Notes under the pieces: model-generated | What the model saw: only the letters and a program-made list of their open reading frames with translations | The model's database searches: none | Told to the model about the DNA's origin: nothing | From: an uncultured Planctomycetia bacterium | Lineage (GTDB): Bacteria; 4484-113; JAGGVC01 | Direction of reading: 5' to 3' | Length of the DNA: 64,000 nucleotides | NCBI GenBank assembly: GCA_964388445.1 | Contig: CAYMAI010000004.1 | Span: forward strand, 80,127 to 144,126 | Translations under genes and position numbers: made by a program | Shown here: positions 31,101 to 37,994 of the stretch, piece by piece | Layout of the letters: each line of letters starts with the position of its first letter | Position numbering within the stretch: position 1 is the stretch's first letter

Positions 31101-31796
31101 GGGCAGAAACTTATGACCGGCGGGGCTGTCGCCGGGCTGCGCGGGTTCGCCAGCCGTTTCGTAATAGACGTAGCCGCCGATTGGCGCGAAAACCGAAACG
31201 TAAAAATCGTAGCCGACTTCCGCGACGAGGCCGCGGTTTTCCGTCAGCACTTTCATCATTATCGCGTCGAGCTTGGCGGCGTCGTCGATGTCCTTCGCCT
31301 TGTACGTGACAAAGTTGACGCCGCGGAAAAACACTCTGCGGTCGATTTCGAGCCCGTATTTCGCGGCGAGATTGACGCTTACCATTTTGAAGTACGGGTG
31401 ACTTACGAGCGGGCGATTGTCCTTTTCGAAAGCGGCGTTCGCGCCTTCGCCTTCGGCGTCGCCGCTTAGATATTCTGCAAGCGCCTGAGCGGACGGGGAG
31501 TTTTCGAAAATTACGTTGAATCTGTCCGCCGGAAAGTCAATGCCGGCGCGCGCCGCGAATTTGGGCATCGGGAGAGATTCGCGCGGGCCTGCCAAGTTCG
31601 ACGCGCCTTCGGCGAGAGCCGGAATGCCGGGAATTTCGATTCGCTCTTCCGCCGGGGGGATTTGGAACTTCGCTTCCGCGGGAGCCGCAGGCCCGGAGCG
31701 GGGCTTTTTCCCTCCGCATCCCGCTGCAAAGCATAAAAGCGCCGCAAGCGCGGCAAGCGAAAGCGAAGCGATGAAAAGCGCCTTACTCATACCCAT
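28137..31796 (-). CDS. S8 family subtilisin-like serine protease, large multidomain, C-terminal IPT domain
   Basis: Lipobox (AAGC). Catalytic triad motifs VADIDTG (Asp), HGTMVAG (His) and GTSFATPYTAG (Ser). About 500 aa of C-terminal beta-rich domains. Confidence 0.85.
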   Translation of the reverse strand: MGMSKALFIASLSLAALAALLCFAAGCGGKKPRSGPAAPAEAKFQIPPAEERIEIPGIPALAEGASNLAGPRESLPMPKFAARAGIDFPADRFNVIFENSPSAQALAEYLSGDAEGEGANAAFEKDNRPLVSHPYFKMVSVNLAAKYGLEIDRRVFFRGVNFVTYKAKDIDDAAKLDAIMMKVLTENRGLVAEVGYDFYVSVFAPIGGYVYYETAGEPAQPGDSPAGHKFLPGFLKPESAQEVNRTVSAPPDDPMHLNKNGTQGGTWANWRVGAVDGKAWDKTTGSASVIVADIDTGVRYTHQDLAANMIVPADTPPYNEPGVLTDVVNKDNDPMDDHYHGTMVAGCIGAVGNNGLGLAGINHTVTILPIKVLNSGGSGTYSGVAEGMLLANYLGAHIQNLSLGGPFPERTIQLAVKQCYEDGKLILIAAGNSYTDAPLYPGYYPECVAVGATTLVNDSNNQDFSLVDDALPIDTRYDARAGFSNYGDWVDIAAPGVEVRTTHITADNAYVASVAGTSFATPYTAGCAALLWAYISQFETPTALQVRELLQGSARPMEKLNNGVNPRGFRDNDSNGTVRFVDVNAALELYESGAGIAYEIEWDNPADGATVTGDTEIRISISGGTGNVVKVEFETPTRFLGATDVLDEGFYKFDWDTTFEFNREMRLRAIVITDEGRITRSTINVTPENARAAIPLQEDFTGVADNEIPTDWYHFDGNKGTGSTKWGADTSQFGAESPSLHSSGAAANYVARSNDWLYMPVIDLTNQASATLSFDRRYRMGSNGAIYFCITTDDRNLAIWDFTSTTLQDWDNFSISLSPWAGREIRAYWVLIASSGSGPGMWIDDVEVTGAEGTPPSIQIVSPANGASVSGAVPIELEIENVERIRVYAQPPDFGGYLAYDTQAADTEFSFDWDSRYVYSGGALLTIMAFDSDAEDGLMQVAYVALNAVIESRDPRWNDSFEDIAELGGMSGGALDGDWYVWGGGADMWRVTGESAADGDFSAKFGPEDDSDYGNGASGRLYGPFHDPGDAEHPFLRLSQKLDLGTGDVARIVLVRYDGLDESEVIIGEYRSDIADWTEQYFDLTFAEGGEFRILFKFDANSDGSAGKGWFIDDYEVFIAGARITSIVDPSGAPGKTVTVNGNYFGPLQETSTITFAKEGGGRTSPAVNVWGDNAIEVVVPADAVSGNVVVNVQGYDSNGYYFGVALVPPVLKGVNPIN

Positions 31797-31977
31797 ACCC
31801 CGGCGGACGATTTGGCGGGCTTTCGCCGCGCCACGCCGGATTCATTTTACCCCATGTCTGTACATTTCTGTATAACCGGCGCGCTAACGAAGCCCGATTC
31901 CGTCGGACGTTCGATTTCGGCCATAACGGCGAAAACATTTCGCAAGATATAGACCGTCATATCAAGCGCGCTCTTCC

Positions 31978-32006
31978 TTGACGCAATCATCCCCGCGGCG
32001 TATGCT
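31978..32006 (+). promoter_or_regulatory. candidate sigma70-type promoter (TTGACG-17-TATGCT) upstream of the aminotransferase-pckA operon
   Basis: Hexamers with 17-nt spacing, about 110 nt upstream of the ATG at 32118. Confidence 0.3.
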
Positions 32007-32117
32007 TTAGTGACGCCAAGCCGCTTGGCGCAGCCGGTTGCGCCGCGTGAAAAGCCGGTAGAGCTTCAATTCCCGCGCCGTCTTTCGCGGGCGGATGCGG
32101 ACGGAGGGATACTGGTC

Positions 32118-33335
32118 ATGAGCATTAGTGCGATTGGTAGGAATATCGGCGAATCGGCCACGCTCAAGCTTAACGAAATCGCTTCGATTCTTAGGGCGAA
32201 GGGCGAGCCGGTCATTCACCTCGGCGGCGGCGAGCCGAAAAGCAAGCCGCCCGTGGACGCGCTCGTTGCGGCGGGCGGAATGCTGCAATCCGGCGAAATC
32301 CGCTATACCCCGCCGGACGGAATTCCGGCGCTTAAAAAGGCGATTATCAGATACACCGAGGATTTTTACGGCAGGCTTGCCGCGCCCGAAAACGTGATGG
32401 CGTCGGGCGGCGCGAAGCAGTCGCTTATGTGCATTCTGCAAGCGATTTTGAACCCGCAGGAAGAGTGCATTTTCCCCGCGCCGTACTGGGTGAGCTATCC
32501 CGACATGGTGCGGCTTTGCGGAGCGATTCCCGTGCCGGTACTTCCCGAAGACGGCACGTTTCATCCCCGGCTTCAGGACATCGAACGCGTGGTGACAAGC
32601 TATACGAAGGCGGTCATTATCAACAGCCCGAACAATCCGTCGGGAATCATGTATTCCGAGGAGTTCATCGCCGAAATCGTGGATTTCTGCGAGAAGCGCG
32701 GGCTTTATCTGATTATGGACGATATTTATCACCGGCTCGTGTTCGGCGATAAAAAGCCCATCAACTGCTGGAAGTTCGCGAAGCAGACCGGCGAGGACAG
32801 CAAGCTGATCATCATCAACGGCGTATCGAAGCAGTACGCGATGACGGGATTCAGAATCGGCTGGGCGGTGGCGAACAAAGAGCTGATTCACGTAGCGACG
32901 AACATACAGAGCCACCAGACGAGCGGCCCGTCCGCGCTTTTGCAGCACGCGGCCACGGCGGCGATTTCGGGCGTGCAGTGCGCGGTGGAGAGCCTGCGAG
33001 TCACTCTTGAAAACAACTGCCGGGTTATGGTACAGGAACTGCGCGGTTTCGACGGCGTGCATATAACACCTCCGGACGGCACTTTTTACAGTTTTCCGGA
33101 TTTCAGTTATTATGGAAAGGACTCCGTCGCGCTGTCCAAGTTTCTTTTGGACAAAGTGCGCGTGGTTGTAGTACCGGGCGCCGAGTTCGGTATGGAAGGA
33201 TACCTGCGGCTGTCCACCTGCGGAACCGTAAAGGACATTACCGAAGGTATCGAACGTATGAAGTGGGCGCTCGACCCGAATGCGCCGAACGAGCTTTACA
33301 TCGGGGAAAGAAAACTCGTGAGGGACTGGGCATGA
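32118..33335 (+). CDS. class I/II pyridoxal-phosphate aminotransferase (aspartate aminotransferase family)
   Basis: GGAGGGA RBS. PLP-lysine region SKQYAMTGFRIGWA. NSPNNPSG motif. Confidence 0.75.
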   Translation: MSISAIGRNIGESATLKLNEIASILRAKGEPVIHLGGGEPKSKPPVDALVAAGGMLQSGEIRYTPPDGIPALKKAIIRYTEDFYGRLAAPENVMASGGAKQSLMCILQAILNPQEECIFPAPYWVSYPDMVRLCGAIPVPVLPEDGTFHPRLQDIERVVTSYTKAVIINSPNNPSGIMYSEEFIAEIVDFCEKRGLYLIMDDIYHRLVFGDKKPINCWKFAKQTGEDSKLIIINGVSKQYAMTGFRIGWAVANKELIHVATNIQSHQTSGPSALLQHAATAAISGVQCAVESLRVTLENNCRVMVQELRGFDGVHITPPDGTFYSFPDFSYYGKDSVALSKFLLDKVRVVVVPGAEFGMEGYLRLSTCGTVKDITEGIERMKWALDPNAPNELYIGERKLVRDWA

Positions 33336-34981
33336 CCAAATATTTGGAATTCGATACGCCGGCGGTGAAGCAGGCAACCGAGTTCAAAAGCGATTTCGGG
33401 CTCGAAAACCACGGGCTCATGGAACTCGACCGCGTCTTTTGGAATTTGCCGACATCGGCGCTGTACGAAGAAGCGGTGTTCCGGGGCGAGGCTAACGTCG
33501 TCCACGGCGGCCCGCTTATCGTGAATACGGGCAAGTGGAGCGCGCGCGCCGCGCAGGACAAGTTCACCGTGAAAGAGCCTAGCAGCGACGACCGGATTTG
33601 GTGGGGCGCATACAACCGGCCCTACGACCCGGAAAAATTCGACGTCTTGTTCGCCCGCGTTCAGGCGTACCTGCAAGGCGAGGAGTTGTTCGTTCAAGAC
33701 TGCTATGCCGGCGCCGACCCGCAGTATCGTATGCCCATACGCATAATCACCGAAAAGGCCTGGCAAAGCCTGTTCGCCCGCAACGTTTTCATAACCGAGC
33801 GGAACAAGGACGCTCTGAAAAAACACGTGCCCGAATTCACCATCATCGCGGCCACCGGTTTCAGGCTCGACCCGCGAATCGACGGCACGCGCACGGACAC
33901 CGCGATAATCCTCAATTTCGCCGAGCGGCTGGCTCTGATTTGCAACACCAGTTACGGCGGCGAAATCAAGAAAACGATTTTCACCGTGATGAACTATCTT
34001 CTGCCGCTCGAAGGCGTGCTTTCGATGCACTGCAGCGCGAACGTAGGCGAACAAGGCGACGTGGCGCTGTTCTTCGGGCTTTCGGGCACGGGCAAGACCA
34101 CGCTGTCCGCCGACCCGTCGCGCAAGCTTATCGGCGACGACGAGCACGGATGGAGCGACCACGGCGTGTTCAACATCGAAGGCGGATGCTATGCGAAAGT
34201 CATCCGGCTTTCTAGCGAGCACGAGCCGCAGATTTACGAATGTACGCGCAAATTCGGCACTGTCCTCGAAAACGTGGTGTGGGACAGAGCGAGCAGGCGG
34301 CTCGACCTTGACGACGACAAAAACACCGAAAACACGCGGGCGGCATATCCCATCGAGTTCATTCCGAACGTCATCGAGGATGGCTACGTAAGCGAGCATC
34401 CGAAGAACATCATATTCCTTACTTGCGACGCGCAGGGCGTTTTGCCGCCTATCGCCAGGCTGACGCCCGAAGAGGCGATGTATCACTTCATCAGCGGATA
34501 CACCTCGAAAATAGCGGGCACCGAAATCGGCCTCGGCATCGAGCCGGTGATAACGTTCAGCGCGTGCTTCGGCGCGCCGTTCATGGTGCATCATCCCTAT
34601 GAGTACGCGAATATGCTGCGCGACAAGACGCTTCATCACGGCGCGCAATGCTGGCTCGTCAACACCGGTTGGGTGGGAGGCGGCTGGAACGTGGGCAAGC
34701 GAATTTCGATCAAGCACACGCGCAACCTTTTGAACGCCGCGCTCGAAGGCAAGCTCGAAGGCGTGAAATACAGAAACGACAAGCTGTTCGGGTTCCAAGT
34801 GCCGTTAAGTTGCCCGGACGTGCCGGAAGACGTTCTCGACCCGTCCGCGGCGTGGGCGAGCAAGGACGAATATTGGAAAAAGTACGACGCGCTTGCCGCA
34901 AGATACATCGAAAACTTCAAGCAATTCGCGGACGGATGCCCGCCGGAGGTGCTGAAAGCGGGGCCGAAGAGGTTGGGGTAG
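33332..34981 (+). CDS. pckA: phosphoenolpyruvate carboxykinase (ATP)
   Basis: Kinase-1a motif GLSGTGKTTLS. ATP-PEPCK family signatures. ATGA overlap with the upstream aminotransferase. Confidence 0.9.
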   Translation: MTKYLEFDTPAVKQATEFKSDFGLENHGLMELDRVFWNLPTSALYEEAVFRGEANVVHGGPLIVNTGKWSARAAQDKFTVKEPSSDDRIWWGAYNRPYDPEKFDVLFARVQAYLQGEELFVQDCYAGADPQYRMPIRIITEKAWQSLFARNVFITERNKDALKKHVPEFTIIAATGFRLDPRIDGTRTDTAIILNFAERLALICNTSYGGEIKKTIFTVMNYLLPLEGVLSMHCSANVGEQGDVALFFGLSGTGKTTLSADPSRKLIGDDEHGWSDHGVFNIEGGCYAKVIRLSSEHEPQIYECTRKFGTVLENVVWDRASRRLDLDDDKNTENTRAAYPIEFIPNVIEDGYVSEHPKNIIFLTCDAQGVLPPIARLTPEEAMYHFISGYTSKIAGTEIGLGIEPVITFSACFGAPFMVHHPYEYANMLRDKTLHHGAQCWLVNTGWVGGGWNVGKRISIKHTRNLLNAALEGKLEGVKYRNDKLFGFQVPLSCPDVPEDVLDPSAAWASKDEYWKKYDALAARYIENFKQFADGCPPEVLKAGPKRLG

Positions 34982-35290
34982 GAGGGGGAGCTTTTCCCCG
35001 AGGCACGAAGGCACAGAGAGGAGATACCCCTTGTTTAGGAGCACTTCTATTCTCGCTTGTTCATACTGGCGGGCTATAGGTTCGCAATGTTGGTTAATTT
35101 CGGAATGTAATAGAGTTTTACTTTGGCAAAATCAATATATCTTGTAAATGGCTTTGTTCTAGGTTCAAATGAACCAAAAGCGAGTAGTTCAACAAAAACT
35201 GCACGCAAACATTGCAGGCGTACGACCTTTTTTAAACACTCTTCCATTGGCAAGATTATTACAATTCCTGTTTCAGAATCGCACAAAAGA

Positions 35291-36085
35291 ATGAACACGA
35301 GATTTTTCGTCTCATGCTTCAGCGAAGACAAGGCGTATTTCCTCGGGAACGCATTTCTTGCTATTGCAGGCGTATTTCTCGGAAAATGGCCGGTAGATTC
35401 TCATTGGAAGCTCACTCGCTTGACATCCTTGCCCAACGCAGATTCGTCTTTTGATTCAATAATGGAGTTAGCGAATGACGACGATTTGACATCTCGCTCG
35501 CAGTTTAGCGGGTACACCCTATTAGACATTAATTATGCCAAATCTCTTAAAGCTCTGTTAAAGTGTATTATTGATAAACCAGATATTGTGGATGCAATCC
35601 GAAACTTGGAATCCAGCTATTATCTTATAAATGGCCAGATAATCAATGTCGAAATGGAAGAATATATTAGAATTCGGAAAAGTAATCCGCAAATGCATCG
35701 CAAATCATATCTAGAAAATAGGTTGCTATTTGAACTATCATTCCTTGCCGCATTTCGCGCAATTGAGGCACTCGTGCCCGCGCAAATGACAATTACTAAT
35801 AAACAGCGGAGGACAAGCATTAAAAACGCTGATACGGCACTTAAAAAAGTTGAAATTAATTACAAGGTTGAAATTCGGAATGAAAAATACCAATGTCTTT
35901 TTCGCGTTCCTGACAATGATTTATACAATTCAACCGATTGGCTTGATCATTTTAGAAAAAAACGGAACAGCCTTGCGGCACATTGGGGAATTTCATCCGA
36001 CGAACAATATGTCAGCGACACAGATGTACTTGAAATTCAGAACTATGCTTTATGGGTTGTATGTAAGTTAATAAACTCTCTTTAG
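35291..36085 (+). CDS. hypothetical protein in AT-rich island, possible HEPN (Rx4-6H) motif near C-terminus
   Basis: GC drops to roughly 40-45% over 35040-36300. 264-aa ORF with RNSLAAH about 25 aa from the C-terminus. No homolog recognized. Confidence 0.4.
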   Translation: MNTRFFVSCFSEDKAYFLGNAFLAIAGVFLGKWPVDSHWKLTRLTSLPNADSSFDSIMELANDDDLTSRSQFSGYTLLDINYAKSLKALLKCIIDKPDIVDAIRNLESSYYLINGQIINVEMEEYIRIRKSNPQMHRKSYLENRLLFELSFLAAFRAIEALVPAQMTITNKQRRTSIKNADTALKKVEINYKVEIRNEKYQCLFRVPDNDLYNSTDWLDHFRKKRNSLAAHWGISSDEQYVSDTDVLEIQNYALWVVCKLINSL

Positions 36086-36339
36086 AGGAAGCAATGGCAG
36101 CTCATTATCCCAATTCCGATTAAGGGGACGGTAGGTTTTGCTATCTAAAAGGCAAATGTTAACGGCGCATCAATTCGCAAATTGTCCTGGATTCCGCCTG
36201 ACAGCAGTTTGGAGCAATTTCTAATCAACATACGGGTTTTCGGCGAAAGGCACTTCGAGCGAATACGCAGCAAGGTTTTCAAAAGAAATGCACTTCCGTG
36301 CATTCGATAAAGAAGCCACTTCCGTGGCTTATTCCCAAG

Positions 36340-36500
36340 TATTAGGGGCTACGGGGAGCCGCCAAAGTCATTTCGCAATTTGCAGGCTTGAAGCCTGCGC
36401 TACGGCGGCGGACGCAATATGCAAGCCAGAATCGTGCAATGCGGCGGCGGACGCAATATGCAGGCTAGAAGCCTGCGCTACGGCGGAATATTCTGCAATT
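36340..36500. repeat. REP-like palindromic repeat units (BIME-like)
   Basis: Hairpins GCAGGCTTGAAGCCTGCGCTACGG and GCAGGCTAGAAGCCTGCGCTACGG. The unit CGGCGGCGGACGCAATATGCA occurs twice. Related to the repeats flanking the RAYT gene at 59 kb. Confidence 0.45.
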
Positions 36501-36601
36501 TTTTCACTTGCGCGCCCTGCGCCCCGGTTTCCCGCCGCGCTCTGTTATCATTTCCGGCGGGTTCGTTAACCGGACGATTTCATTCAAGAGGTGGCAATGT
36601 T

Positions 36602-37567
36602 TTGAGCGAGAACGTAAGTAGCGAAAACGGGAAAGTTTGGGACACGATTATCGTAGGCGCGGGGCCGGCGGGGCTTACCGCGGCGATTTACGCCGCGCGC
36701 GCAAACCTATCCACGCTCTGCTTCGAGCGGGCGATAACCGGCGGGCTTGTCAGCATGACGCACGAAATCGAAAACTATCCCGGCTTCGTCGAGGTGATGC
36801 ACGGGCCGGAGCTTATGCGCAGGTTCGAAGAGCAGGCGAAGAGGATGGGCGCCGCCTTCGAGGCCGCGGAAATCCTTAAAATCGAGGACGCGCCGGACGT
36901 TCATCCGGTGGCGAAAAAGCTGACCGATTGGACGGGCAAGGAGTATTTCGGCAAAACCGTGATTATCGCAACCGGCAGTTCGCCGAACAGGCTGCCCGCA
37001 AAGAACGCCGAAGAGCTTTTCGGGAGGGGCGTAAGTTATTGCGCCACGTGCGACGCGAACTTTTTCGTTGACCGGCACTGCATAGTCGTCGGCGGCGGGG
37101 ACGCGGCGCTCGAAGAAGGGCTGTATCTCACCGGCTTTTGCAGCAAAGTAACGCTCGTGCACAGGCGGCAGGGCTTTCGGGCGACGCCGCGAGCCGTCGA
37201 AAAGGCGAAAAACCACCCGAAAATGGAATTCGTGCTCGATACGGTGGTCGAAGAAGTTATCGCGGACGACTTCGTGAAGGGCGCGAGGTGCAGAAACGTC
37301 GAAACCGGCGAGGAGTTCGTAATCGACTGCGACGGCGTTTTCGTTTTCATCGGGCATACGCCGGCGACCGGGTGGGTCAAGGACTACATCACGCTTAACA
37401 GGCTTGGCGAAATCGCGGTGGACTACCGGATGCGCACGGAAAGGCCGGGCGTGTTCGCGGCGGGCGACGTCGTAGAAAACGCGGAAAAACAGGCTGTCGT
37501 GAGCGCTGGACAAGGCTGCATCGCGGCGATAAGCGCGCGGCATTTTATCGAAGAACACGGGGAGTAG
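36602..37567 (+). CDS. trxB: thioredoxin-disulfide reductase
   Basis: FAD site GAGPAG, redox-active CATCD and NADPH site GGGDAA. Start placed at TTG after AGAGGTGG. The longer upstream ORF runs through the REP repeats. Confidence 0.8.
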   Translation: MSENVSSENGKVWDTIIVGAGPAGLTAAIYAARANLSTLCFERAITGGLVSMTHEIENYPGFVEVMHGPELMRRFEEQAKRMGAAFEAAEILKIEDAPDVHPVAKKLTDWTGKEYFGKTVIIATGSSPNRLPAKNAEELFGRGVSYCATCDANFFVDRHCIVVGGGDAALEEGLYLTGFCSKVTLVHRRQGFRATPRAVEKAKNHPKMEFVLDTVVEEVIADDFVKGARCRNVETGEEFVIDCDGVFVFIGHTPATGWVKDYITLNRLGEIAVDYRMRTERPGVFAAGDVVENAEKQAVVSAGQGCIAAISARHFIEEHGE

Positions 37568-37592
37568 TCCCATAGGGATTTCCGGCGGTTAT

Positions 37593-37985
37593 ATGGGCGA
37601 AAAAACAGGACGGTTCGAAGTTTCCGGCGAGATTATTTTCAAAGCGTCGCATTATTTGCGCACGTATCGCGGAGGCGCGGAAGAGCCGCACGAGCATAAT
37701 TACAGGCTGAAGATCACGCTAGCGACGCGCGAACTGGACGAAGACGGCATTTCGCTGGATTTCGTTTTGTTCGATTCGATTTTGAACGAGCTAAAAACTC
37801 AGCTCGGCGGCGACCTAAACGGGCATGAATGGTTCGCGGACAAAAATCCTTCCGCCGAACATATTGCGATTGCCGCGGCTGAATTCGCAAACGGGAAGAT
37901 TCCGGAAGAAACAGGCGCGTTCGTGACGCGCGTCGAAGTGTGGGAACTCGGCCATATGTCCACTATTTACTATCCGCAGGATTAG
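37593..37985 (+). CDS. queD: 6-carboxy-5,6,7,8-tetrahydropterin synthase / 6-pyruvoyl-tetrahydropterin synthase family
   Basis: PHEHNY motif and the size typical of the PTPS/QueD family. Confidence 0.7.
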   Translation: MGEKTGRFEVSGEIIFKASHYLRTYRGGAEEPHEHNYRLKITLATRELDEDGISLDFVLFDSILNELKTQLGGDLNGHEWFADKNPSAEHIAIAAAEFANGKIPEETGAFVTRVEVWELGHMSTIYYPQD

Positions 37986-37994
37986 CCGGAAAAT

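Noticed and set aside
32007-34798. Minus-strand ORFs of 456 and 500 aa overlapping the aminotransferase and pckA
   Set aside because: The plus-strand genes have unambiguous family motifs. The antisense ORFs are low-complexity and Arg-rich.
36288-36569. 93-aa ORF and the 5' extension of the trxB ORF (from 36419)
   Set aside because: The sequence is made of REP-like palindromic repeats. trxB homology begins only after the TTG at 36602.
36707-37573. 288-aa minus-strand ORF
   Set aside because: Fully antisense to trxB.
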